A DNA stretch of 64,000 nucleotides. Source: Lingula anatina. Taxonomy: Eukaryota > Animalia > Brachiopoda. The stretch is taken from assembly GCA_051362555.1 (NCBI GenBank), contig CM120640.1, positions 35,917,967 to 35,981,966 on the forward strand, given 5' to 3'. Position 1 is the first letter of the stretch, and every line of letters starts with the position of its first letter. The position numbers were made by a program, and so were the translations under genes. The notes under the pieces were generated by a model. It was not told the origin of the DNA. It saw only the letters and a list, made by a program, of their open reading frames with translations, and did not search any database. Positions 46,050 to 57,842 of this stretch are shown piece after piece.

Positions 46050-46765
46050 AAAGTAATTTGAGGAAGTCAAAATGAACTTGCAAGTTCTACTTGCAAGTAG
46101 ATTAGGAGAATGTTCCATTCATTTGGTCCATACACTGGAAGAGCTAGGTCGCTGTTTGTTCTCAATCTGGCATTACATGCATATGACATGAGCAAAAACT
46201 GATCGTGATCTTAAACTACGTTTTGGAGCATAATGATGAACTAGTTTTTGTACGAGGGTGCTGATTGGTAAAAAATTCCATGCATAAAGTTAAAATTTTT
46301 AATAAATGCGTGCTCTAACAGGGAGCCAGTGCAACTGCCTTAAAATGGGTGTGATATGAGTCTCCCTGTGCGGGTTAAAAGACGCCCTGAAATATTCTGA
46401 ATTCGCTGCAGTTTTTTTCATTCGTTATTCAGTACAGCCGTAGAGTAGAGTTGAGGTAGTCTAAATGAGAAGCAATCATCGCAAGAACAACTGTTGCCGC
46501 ATGTAGTTTCTAATAGCACCAATGTTTCTAATGTTAAACATACATGATTGAGTGATGTTTGATATTTTTCTATCCACGGAGAGAGTAGACACCCAGGTTT
46601 TTTCACGTTTGGTTCACAACACTGGTGCCTACTGGTAATTCAAGTTGTAGATTCTGTGCAAATTGCTTGTTATGTGGTTGCGTGATTAATAAAAACTCCG
46701 TCTTCCCGTCATTCATTTTCAGTTTGTTGCTGATGGCCCAGTCACCAATATCTGCCACACAGTTC
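46050..46765 (-). mobile_element. decayed L2/CR1-clade LINE, 3' part of ORF2
   Basis: Minus-strand translation with frameshifts and stops: CVADIGDWAISNKLKMNDGKTEFLLI (end of RT), LDYLNS..LYG...KKLQRIQNISGRLLT and HITPILRQLHWLPVRARI, the L2 post-RT signature. Confidence 0.9.
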
Positions 46766-47927
46766 GTAATATATTTCTATCATCATATAGTGGCTATGCC
46801 CTGCTCTGTGCAACCATTATGCACTAATTTCCACTTTTTAGCAAATGCCTCAATATTGCCTGAATATTGGATTAAAATTTAAGCGATAGAAATTGGACTA
46901 CATACCTGTAGCTTTTGCACATGTAGCAAAATACATATAGGCCTATTCCTAATGAACATGAACAAATTACACAGCACATCCACATAAGAAAATAAAAGTC
47001 AAAATAAACTAATTTTAAAGAAATAGATAATTTTAAAGAAATAGAAATGCTTGCAAATTGTCCAACATTTCATGAACATAAAAATACAGACGAAAAAAAT
47101 ACCATCGGCTATCTGATGTGCAACTATTCCTTGAAGGGAACGTCAATGAACAAGAGAAAGATGTGAAAAATTCCTTTATTTCCACTGAAACCAAAGAAGA
47201 CGTTATTCTAGTCTCCTATTTCATTAATTCTTAATTTTTTTCCTGAAAAATATTCAATATATTACAAAGAATGACAGAAAATATGGAGAAGAAACGAAAT
47301 AGAGAAAAATCCCTGTGCTCAGCACTTTTCTTTGTAACTTTAGTAATCTATGTCATACCCCTTAAAGATAGAGCAAAGTAATTATTTGCTTTCTTTAAAA
47401 ATGGTGATAGGAGAGATCTGCCTAAATTCAAAAAGTAGTTTTAGCAGAACTTTTTCGACGCAAACTGGTGAAGGTAATTATCAACAATCTCCTAAAACAC
47501 AAGTCTGATCATAGTTTCATTTAAAACTTATTCCTATATACATTTATCTAACCCACTAAGACTGTCTTTATAATCAAAATACTTGCATTGAAAACTACAT
47601 TATTTAAGACCAAAGGTCAGGGGGCAAACGACACAATTACTAGAATTTAAAGATCATCCGATATTGTCTAAAATGATGCTGTTAGAACTGGATGACAATG
47701 CATGATGAAAACTTGCAATGATCCGCAAAGACGTGATGTTTCAGTAAAATTCTATGCAACAAGAACCATCTTTGAAAGCAATACAAAAGTGACACAAAAC
47801 ATGGGGTACAGTAGACAAGAATTTGATGTTAATGCAGAAAACAACAAGAATGTGGACAATACAAAATGTGGATAAATTCTGTCAGCTTTTTATCTCTAGT
47901 TTACCACGCTTGTATGGCAGTATTCCA

Positions 47928-47930
<3 letters not shown>

Positions 47931-47963
<33 letters not shown>
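47931..47963. repeat. (CT)n microsatellite
   Basis: Direct reading of the sequence; another lies at ~56709-56746. Confidence 0.9.
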
Positions 47964-47966
<3 letters not shown>

Positions 47967-48019
47967 CTTCTTAAAAACCATTAAGTGTGCACAAAATGAT
48001 TTATACTGTTCAATATCTA

Positions 48020-48300
48020 CACAATAAGCTAAAAAACGTACCTGAGAACTTTCGACCCAACACTTGGGACTTCATCAGCCACACTGAAGTTACATGGCAG
48101 TGTATAGTGACCAGTTTAGTGAGAACTGTTCACTATAACACTGTCCGAGATATGAGAGAGGTTGTACCTTCCCCGTCCTTGTTTAGTGGAGGTCTCTGGG
48201 CCCAAATGTAAATTATAGCTTCCTTCACCCCTCGATTGAACCACAGGAGGTCACGGTCCAAGCTCTCCACATTGTCCCAACTGATGATGTTATCAGGTAC
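48020..48300 (-). mobile_element. Penelope-like element 3' fragment (GIY-YIG endonuclease C-terminus plus pLTR)
   Basis: Minus-strand ISWDNVESLDRDLLWFNRGVKEAIIYIWAQRPPLNKDGEG matches the PLE GIY-YIG tail pattern (W..V.IL.RE..W..R..KEAI.I....P.LN.D.G). It is followed by a hammerhead-like motif. Confidence 0.85.
48041..48080 (-). ncRNA. minimal hammerhead ribozyme-like motif of the Penelope pLTR
   Basis: Minus strand reads GG-CTGATGA-A-GTCCCAA-GTG-TTGGGTC-GAAA-GTTC-TC-AGG: conserved CUGANGA and GAAA cores flanking a 7-bp stem II with one mismatch, and a one-bp stem III. Confidence 0.65.
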
Positions 48301-48929
48301 CAAGAACCCTTGTTTTCCGAATACAACCAACAGAAGAAATAAAAGAAAGCCAACATAGGTTGAAATAATCTTTTAAATGATTTATTAAGATGATAAGTTT
48401 ATATATACATATATAGGGACTACCATTTTGTTCGAAATTGGAAATTATTGAAATAGGTATTAATTGGTATTTATAATTATTAACCGACCTTTTGCCGATT
48501 CTTGATGTACAGTATTTTAATTCATCGATTGATTTTTAAATAGATATTAGCACTCACCGATTTTAATTAGCTGCTCTATCCTGTCTTTGAAATATCCATA
48601 TATTCTGCGTTGAGTAACATGAAAAAAAAACGGATGAAGCTTATCCGGTGGTTATGGTAACGTTTCCACGTAAAAAACACATTCATGATGTAGATTAATT
48701 GTTACGTTGCTGACGTTGTCCTATGCAAGACGCTCCAACAGAGACTAGGGTTTGTGGCTGATTTTGCATTAATTTCGTAAACCGAAAAAAATCTTATTCA
48801 CAATCAATGCACAATTTTTAAATGGCAATATTTTCTGGTCATTTTCTTTACACCAAAGGAGAACATGAAAATGCATGAATTCATCAGAAATCGTATTACT
48901 TTTATTTATTTTCTATTTAGGCCTATAAT

Positions 48930-49192
48930 TAAGGCTTCGTTCACATGCAATGTCTATTTTCTAAATTCTATTTTCTATTCGCGCTATCTTATGATCACGG
49001 TCTGTGCACTGAATATCCCGCCGCGTAATTACTGGCAGCGCGAGCCAGTTACTTATAGTAACTTATAGTAACTGGCTCGCGCTGCCAGTAATTACGCGGC
49101 GGGATATTCAGTGCACAGACCGTGATCATAAGACATGCCGCAAATAGAAAATAGAATTTAGAAAATAGACATTGCATGTGAACGAAGCCTTA
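48930..49192. mobile_element. fold-back MITE (near-perfect 263-bp palindrome), PIF/Harbinger-like termini
   Basis: TAAGGCTTCGTTCACATGCAATGTCT... / ...AGACATTGCATGTGAACGAAGCCTTA. Arms are ~120 bp with one small mismatch patch; the centre carries ACTTATAGTA twice. Confidence 0.9.
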
Positions 49193-49705
49193 GTCGATCA
49201 TTAAAAGCAAATGAATGAAATCTGACTCTGTCTTTTTTTTACTTTCAAAAGAAAATGTGAAAACTCATTGTCTGTAACACTGTTTTACAACTAAAATTAA
49301 AAGAAATACATCTTGCAGTCAGCTAAAGGCGCTTTCAAACCTGATGGTTCTTCTTAATGTTTTAAGTCATGGTTCCTCTAAATGTTTGTCTACATTTGCT
49401 TGGGAGGAATGTAGCCTACACAATCAAGGCCCTTATAATCAAGTTACAGAGCGGACTAATATTAACCTCCTGCATTCAAGTTGCGATTTTCAGAGCCACT
49501 GATTTCTTCAGTTCAGTTCTCGGTTGAACATCGTTTTCAGAAACTTCAAAAAAAAAAAAAAAAAAAAAAAACACTGGGCCACTGCAACTCTAAAAATCCA
49601 CAGAGTATCGTCTTTATAATCGCTCAATCTTTCAATAAAATAAAAGCATAGGCCTATTGTTTTCAAGATGATATATTTTTAATCAGATGCAATTTCACAA
49701 TGTCA

Positions 49706-49751
49706 TAATAATAATAATAATAATAACAACAACAACAACAACAACAACAAC
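49706..49751. repeat. compound (AAT)n(AAC)n microsatellite
   Basis: Direct reading of the sequence. Confidence 0.9.
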
Positions 49752-50241
49752 TAAACATTTTGGGCTGATCTAACAATTATAACCACAGCTAAACAATCAT
49801 AATTTTATCCGCAACGTGACGTTCAAATGTGACGTCATGCATTACATAAACTATACGCTACGTTGCATTCACGACGTTTGGCATTTATCTAATATTGGCT
49901 AGTTTCCAAATATTGACGTCAGTTGGTGACGTTACTTGGCATATTGCCAGTATTTTTGTTTTGGCAACAGACCTAAGCACGTCATTTTTCAAAAATTTTG
50001 AAACTCGGCAGAACAAAGAATCAACTAATCTATTGATGTTCAGAATAGCGGTTTTTATTTTATGAAATTATTACTATTATCTAAACTATTTTGTATTTGA
50101 TAAATATGTACAAAATTGATGGTAAATCCAAAGACTACTTTGTTTTTCGGATATCGTCAAGACAACCAACAGATCATTACGCCATTGTATATAAAGCGAA
50201 CGCGCTCCGCGAGCGTCAGTTGACAACGAGCTTTCACAGTG

Positions 50242-53200
50242 CAGTCTGTCCGGAGATCTGGCATATCAATGCGTAAGCGGTGATTATTACAAAAAATCCT
50301 ACGCGCTTGCACAAAATAGTCCGCGACGTGTGTTTCGCGCCATATTTTGCAAAATCCATATCTGTTATGAAAATCCATGAAACTCTGTGAATAGCCCATT
50401 ATTCCGCTTGAAACTTTCAAAAAATAAAATTTAGAACTTGATGTAAACGCACAATGTAAAATGAACATTTCATTTCCGTGGAAAAATTTGTATCAGCTGT
50501 CTAAAAATAGCACACGCGTTTTTCCCAAGCTGACCTTGGAATTTTTTACCCAAAAATGAAATGATTGCAGAAAAAATGGACAAACATAATTTTTTGATTT
50601 TATAATGATTTATGAAACTATATATGCTCAAATGACACCACGAAGAATAATTTTTTTGTGAGACCTTCCTTCTTTGTAAAATCTCTATTTTAGTGCGAAT
50701 TATGTAGGTCAGTCGAAATTGGGACTGTCACGTTGCACTGAGCAAGTGACTCGAGAGCGTTTTTCTCGGTAAATCTTGCATTTCGGTTGAAAATATGGAA
50801 TGTTCAGCTTTTCAAGTGTATATTTATAGTATACAGTGTGTCACTGTCATAGTGAGAGCTGTTATGGAAAACAATACATGAAGAAACGACATCGGTGCTG
50901 CAGATAGACCATATCGCTGCCATAACATGGTTTCAGACTGGAAATTTTTGCCGTTTGCCTTTCAAGTTACATAGCTTTGGGTTTGCAGACTAAAAGGTGA
51001 GTCTTTTTTGCATTCACAAAGTCTCATAGAAGCGCCGAAATATATAGAAATGATTTTGGAGTAACCTCCCTTCGCATAGTTCAAATGCACTTGTTGACGT
51101 TCAGTCATAGCGAAATGTTACATTTTGTTGCAAAGTTACAGTTGCACTTTGTTTACATAAAATGTGTACTTGCGTACCTTTATCCCTTCTATTTCCTTTA
51201 TGGAGTTGGAATCTAGACCTTTTCCAAAATAGGGTGTGTGTGTCTATACACACCTGTTAACTAGCACATTGCGCAATCAGCATTACAGGTGTACTAAAGG
51301 TCTTTCTAAGGCAGGTTCCAAAGTTGTTTTACATTATAAGTTTATATATTGTGTTTTTTTTTACAATTTTTCTCTATTAATATCTGAAATTGTTGGTATT
51401 AAAATAAAAGTAAATGAAATAAGTTTAAATTAAATTAACCAAGTTTTTAAAAAATAGTTTGTCAAGGCACAGCCACACTTTATGACCAAAGCATACTTTA
51501 TGACCTATGCATTGTGCTTTTTCAGTTTTAGTGAAATGCTGACAGCATACAGGTCTATCCCTGCCTAAGCTATAGCATGAGAATGGACTTGATGGCATGA
51601 AATGAAAAGATACCAGTTAGAAGGTAATTAAGTGTTTATCAAAAAAAAAAAAAAAAGAAAGCCAATACTTCTGTATTTTTTTTATAACTGGCCTATTACT
51701 AGTAGGACCAAGGAATTATTAATACTATATAGTACTTTGATAAACAACTGGTGTGAGACTGACAATGAGGTGATTTTTTTTTTTAATCTATAGATTTTTC
51801 ATTAAATTTCAGTTTTTATCTGCTTTGTATAAATTTGTTTCCACATGTATGATTTTATCATTTTATTATAATTATTTTTAACAGATTCCTGAATTTCATA
51901 TCAGCTGACAATAAGGGAAGAGGTGTTCTAGTCAAGACCAGGGAAAATTTATTTCCACACAATTTTGTGTGATGGTGCTGTTGATGCAGGTGTGACTGAA
52001 CAAGAGATGGTGTTTTGTAGAGTCTTGGATATTATTTACCCTAGAAACTTTTCTCATAGCAGACTAGTTCTGGAACATTATTTTCTTCCAGTATTAAACA
52101 GGATGGGCTTTGACCCAAAAGACTTCCATTGAGAGTGGCCTGCCTTTAAAGAGTACATAGGTGGCAGGTTTATAGTGAATTAAAAAAAAAAAGACGTGTA
52201 CCGATTTGTTTCAAGGCTAGGAGACCAGACAAAGATTAGAATACATACAATAATGCTAACTGAAATTGCCTTGTTCAGCCTGTCCACTTCTCAGGTGGAG
52301 AGAGGATTCGATACAGTGCTTTCAAAAGAATCAAATCTGACTGGAGGTCAAGTTTGGAGAATATTATGCTTAAGTTAACAAATTTTTGACGGCAGTTTTA
52401 AGGGGCCAAGTTTTGATGATCATTTAGTCAAGGAATCTATCAACCACTGGGTGGCAGGGAAAACAGCACAATTTTGAACTTGAAAATTGGTTTAGTTTTC
52501 TGATTGTCATATCCAGGTAAATGACCTGACCATTGAAGATTCTAGGGAAATAAAAAATTGAAACATACTCGTATACAATACTGAAGTTTTTTTTTTTTTT
52601 TTTTTTTCATTTTTAATGCATTTTACTTTGATATGTAGACTATTTAATTACAAATTATATTTAAGAATTTTCAGCTGGGGAGGATCTTATTTGTATGTCA
52701 GTTTTGGCTAAAGTAATATTCATGACTTGATGGGGCAGGTGCTTCTCCTGCCCCCAGAATAGACAGATCAAGTTTGCCAAATAGTTTATTGCAGCCTTGT
52801 TAACTGCTTTGATTTAAAAGGCAAACTTTGAAAAAGTCCAGTGCATATTCACGAGGCTGAATGAACATTTCCCAGGAACAGTGTTTTAAGGACACAAGTT
52901 TACTTAGTTGTGTTTATTACACAGATTTTAATATTTTGCATGTAAATTTAAGTAGATTAGGGATTTTTTCAAATCATAATTGGAAGGGCCTCATTTTAAA
53001 TAGTTTAATATGTAAGAGACAAAAATAGTTCTAGTACATAGAAATAAATCTTGAGCAGTAAAATAAGAGAACAAGGCATTAGTGCAGATCTTAATATAAT
53101 GAATAAACTGGTGCTGAATGATTTTTTTTTATTACCAAAACCCTTTCAGGCTTTAAAAAGTACAACCTGGCCATAGGCCAGTACTTCATTGTACAGTAAA

Positions 53201-54360
53201 TATATATCCAAATAAAAAATCGTGTTTTATTTATTACTAGATATAGCAATATCTTCCTATATTAGTCAAAATTCACACTGGATTTCTTGTGGGGTGGATC
53301 ATAACTATACCATTTTTGATGTTTTCAGGATGAAGCATATAACTCTTGGAATAAATCTGATGTTTGATGTACAGTCCTTGTTCGTATTTTTATTTTCATT
53401 GTAATCTGTTTGCTCTGATATTCAGAATATTTAAGAAAACTTGTAGTCTTTCTAAGTCGGGTCAGTGCTTCAGGTTGGTCACGTGACGCTATAAATTATG
53501 ACGAAAATGGGGTTCCATTTTTGTCGTCGTTTTGGAGATTCACTTATTTCCCACACAAAATGGGTAAAAATTGTAGGACACATACCTTATGATATAGCAT
53601 TTGAAAGTTTATGATCTCGTCTTTCTGCAAGATATAATTGTTTGAAAATATTTTGCGTTTCCTGCGATACATAATCACAGTAACCTACTGCACTTGAAAT
53701 AATCGGTTTTGCCAACTTTTACACAGACTTCACGGGACTATTAACACTTTGCCAGCCAGTTGGGACCCGAACGCAACATATATTTAATATCAACACGAAG
53801 CCCACTTGTTTAGCTTTTAGAATATATGTAAAACGCTGGTGAAATAAACATTGTAGCAATTTTGTAATAGTTGAAACGCACTGTGTGACACGCTTCAGAA
53901 ATGCGAGTGCTTGGCGTCGATTTCACCTCGCGCTAAAAAAAATGGACAAAGCTGAATTTACAAAACATATATACTGCCAGAATCCCAGCTTAATTGGCTT
54001 TCATGATTTAGTTTTTAAAAAATTGTGAGATTTCAAATTCTTACAGAAATCTTAAAATAGAAAATTGCGGACACCTGAAACGGGGCTCCATTTGCAATCA
54101 CCCGCGTGGATAAATCTCCCATTTTACAGTTCTAAATCTATTTTTTATGACAACTAACCTTAAAATTCCGAATCCCTAGACATTCCCACTTCCTTTTATA
54201 TACATATCGTTTAATCACATCAACAGTTGACAAAAATACACATGAAAACAAGAAGAGATCAAAAGTCGTCCATTTTCACTCGATTTTGCTGAAAGTAGTG
54301 CGGAAATGGCCGTCGCTTCAGTCAATGTGCACGCGCAGCTCGGAATCTCCGGACAGACTG
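50242..54360. mobile_element. 4.1-kb DNA transposon derivative bounded by 16-bp TIRs
   Basis: CAGTCTGTCCGGAGAT (50242-50257) and its perfect reverse complement ATCTCCGGACAGACTG (54345-54360), flanked by GTG on both sides. Both sub-terminal regions are CpG-rich and transposase remnants lie inside. Confidence 0.65.
51880..52465 (+). pseudogene. decayed, internally deleted hAT (ZNF862-like) transposase
   Basis: ILCDGAVDAGVTEQEMVFCR (first catalytic Asp motif, ~51962-52021), EWPAFKEY, and the dimerization domain LSTSQVERGF/SAFKRIKSDWRSSLE...KGPSFDDHLVKESINHW across frameshifts. Confidence 0.85.
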
Positions 54361-54924
54361 GTGAACAGACTTACGTCACTTCACAGCGAATTTCTAAGCT
54401 TTTTCAACTATCAGTAGCCTCAGGCTTTCACCTGTTCAACTTTATTTTACCACTGTATCTTGACAAAAGATATTGGTGAGTCTCTCTGCATACTGTGTAT
54501 TCAAAATTGCAATTTTAGGAAGTCTGGGTCCGTGTTTTTAATTTACGGTCTTTCTTTTCTTCTATTTAGTTCTAGGTCTACGATTTTTGAAAACTTTTCG
54601 AAAACACTTTAAGAACTATGCATAGAATCTGCTATTAAACTTTTCATTTTCCCATTTACTTGCTGATTTATTGACTCGACGATTTATTTATTTACCTTTT
54701 GATTTATTTTGATATTAATTTTTTTTATTTAATTATTTTTCCTTTCACCGAAAGTTGCTGTAGGCCTAGTTTGGTCAATTTCTAAAGAACTTAGAACTCT
54801 TTAGCTGAGAACTAAATAAATAAAGAATCCTACAATTATCCCCATTCTACATGTACATTGACCATGACTAAAATCTACACACACTCGTTTATGTACAACA
54901 AAGATAAATTTGCTCCTTTCAGAA

Positions 54925-55575
54925 ATGTGTAGTACAACTGTATCCACCCGTAGTGGAGTCCACTACCACGCATATTATTGCCCATGTGGATGTGGTGGCA
55001 TCTTTAGAGCCAAAACTAAGGTATCAAATACAACGCTAGCCACTATGGCTTCAACGCTGTTTACCTTTGCCATGAAAACACTTAGGAATGTCTTTGGAGA
55101 CACCACCTGTAAGTCTAGAATCCCTATAGCAGTTAACGGGTGTCTCCGTTCTACTGAGAGGGCACACTGCCCAGCGGTTGTAATCCAAAGAATACCTAAA
55201 CCTAGTCGTATTCCTGTTGCTACTAAAGCTTTGTATGGTGGTGGTGAGGGGAGAAATGAAAGGGGGGAAATTATTGTGGCTGATCCTCTGTGGAGGATGA
55301 GGGGTAGGCGTGCTCATAAAACGCCTATGCCTAGATCTCTTCTGCGTTCTCCTTGGCACCCTATCAGCTTTAGGCACACTTCAAGAAGTGTTGCCGATGC
55401 TTTGAGGAAGACAGAGCTACATGGCAGCTCTATGTTTTGTGGTGACGAGTTTACTCCTTGTAGTCGAAAAGTAAGAGTTAATAGCAATGCACTGGTATCA
55501 GAAGTGATACGCACTCCTACAAGGCGTTCAACGTTTACTGGTTCTGTATTGAGAATGTTCTGTTTGGGGTGGTAG
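54925..55575 (+). CDS. orphan basic protein (216 aa) with two SxIP motifs; single coding exon
   Basis: Longest non-synaptojanin ORF in the window. Acceptor TTGCTCCTTTCAG|AAATG immediately precedes the ATG, a candidate upstream donor ATTG|GTGAGT lies at 54475/54476, and AATAAA is at 55938. GC content is above the flanks. No recognisable domain. Confidence 0.6.
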   Translation: MCSTTVSTRSGVHYHAYYCPCGCGGIFRAKTKVSNTTLATMASTLFTFAMKTLRNVFGDTTCKSRIPIAVNGCLRSTERAHCPAVVIQRIPKPSRIPVATKALYGGGEGRNERGEIIVADPLWRMRGRRAHKTPMPRSLLRSPWHPISFRHTSRSVADALRKTELHGSSMFCGDEFTPCSRKVRVNSNALVSEVIRTPTRRSTFTGSVLRMFCLGW

Positions 55576-56704
55576 CTCACTACTTGTGCCCCTGATTGTA
55601 TATATTTTCATATTGTATATAGTATCACATTCAGTTCTCTGGTGAGCACTGGCAAATTTTCATTGCTAGTTTTAATATGTTTTCATTTTTTCATACTGTA
55701 CAAATGTATTTCTTGAAATTATGCTAGTTTAATAGGCCTATTTTAACATTTTTGCAGCCTATACAAATGTTTTTCTTATAACTTGAATTTACATAGAATA
55801 TCACTTGATTTGTAAGCACTTGGATGGCTGTGTGGAAGATACTTTATATGTAATTTCAAATTAATATTCAATACGTTTTGTACGCTTTTTTGAAAAAAAA
55901 ATCCTATTTTTATAACAAAGATTAAAGAAACAATTAAAATAAATTTTGATAATTTTCAACCAAAACTTTCTGCTGACTTAATATTAATTTTGGATGAAAC
56001 ATATGAACCCGTTTGTTCTAAATAGTTTAAAGTTTCCATGCGTGTAATCAATACATAATTGACAAAATTTTCTGCAGTATTTACAGAGTAAGTTACATCT
56101 GGTTGTGGTTGACTACATACTCATTAGAATATCTCTGAGGAGGATCATGTTCTTGTTGGTGCTGGCCACACTGACAGGAACATGTGGAAAGTTCGTGATC
56201 AACCCTTATTGATTTTGGCCAAATCTGTAAGGTCATTGGTCATGATCTTTTCATCATAGCATGTGTTTGTGTTGATGTAGGGCCCCATCAACACCAACAC
56301 TGCTATGTTCCTCTAAAAGTGTGAGTATGTATGTCTATCACCTCCAGTTATTTCTTTTTTGTTGAAATAAATTGTTGTCAACTAAATTCTTTTCCAGGAA
56401 AAACTTTTCATAATTGGAGAAAACTGATTGATCTTTGGAGATAAAATGCTTTCTAAAAGTTGATTTTTAAAATTTCATTTTGCTATTAAAGGGTGATATG
56501 CTCTCTTTTTCTAAATTTTGTCAATGTCTGATTTATCTTCCACACAGTCATTTCCTTCCAACTTGTATATATGTGCTGTCTTGTTCTTAAAAAAAAACAA
56601 ACAAACAAAAGTCCTCGTCAATTTTGATGTAAAACCATACTTGAATCCGAAATAAAATAATTTTATTCACTATATATCTTGTCTTTGTTGTTTTTTGCCT
56701 CTCT

Positions 56705-56750
<46 letters not shown>

Positions 56751-56868
56751 ATTTAATTTTAATAATATTTTTTTTATAAATCATACAGGGTAATCTTTCT
56801 TGAATCAAAGCAAAACAAATTAATTACTTGAATTCAAAATGATATTATTTAAAATCTCGTTAATTTTA

Positions 56869-57107
56869 TATACACACACTGGACAATAGAAGTGTCACCC
56901 CTACTGAACCAATACTTTGGGGGAGATAAATGACTGTGGAATGATATGCTCCTGGTATCATTTTATTAACATCAAATTTCACAAAAAAAAATGTAGATCA
57001 GGCATTATAACTACTCAAGATCTGCCTACTTTGATTACTGATTACTCGATTATTATTTGATTACTCTGATTCAGGGGGTGACACTTCTATTGTCCATTGT
57101 GTGTATA
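56869..57107. mobile_element. Tc1/mariner-type MITE
   Basis: TATACACACACTGGACAATAGAAGTGTCACCCC / GGGGTGACACTTCTATTGTCCATTGTGTGTATA: ~33-bp TIRs with one mismatch and TA flanks. Confidence 0.85.
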
Positions 57108-57842
57108 TCAAAGAAACATTATCTAAAATCTAAGTGATCTTACTGAACTCAGAATAAGCCAACAAACCGATTAAAAATAAGTTAAATCACAGCGTGTCCA
57201 AACAAATCTATAACGTGAAAACAATGTAACATTAATTAAAACCAAATTCATCTTATCAAATTCATCTTATTAAAATAAAGAGGCCAATAATCTGAACTGA
57301 AAATGACACCAACATGGGGACAAACAAATTAAAATTAGACAAAAAAATATCCAAGGGTACTAGTTAAAAACACTGCATTCAATCTTAAATCAAAGCACTC
57401 CAATGACAATTTACTTGAAATCTTAATTACAACTTGAATTCTTAATTACATGTCATAAGTGGTTTTATTTAAGTGAAATTGTGTCCTGACAAATCTTTCA
57501 TAAATAAAAGCTGACATTAGTTGAAATTAATGTTCTCTAGCTTAAATCAAAGTAAGAGAAGAAATCCATTACTTAAATTGAAAATGATAATACTTGAACC
57601 AGTGTGTCTGAACAAATCTATATCTTCAAATCAATGTTAGTTAGCAAACCAACCGATTACTTGAAATCAAAATGACATTATATGAATCAAAGTGTGTCTA
57701 AACACTCTAGACTTAGTCCAATTGATGTTTATTAACAAATAAAAAAAAAAAAATGAGTTCTTATGTCTGCCTACGTTCCATGATCACCTCAGTTAAAAAC
57801 TTGCATTGAAAGAATAAATAAAATGTGTTTTCCAGTTCTGCT

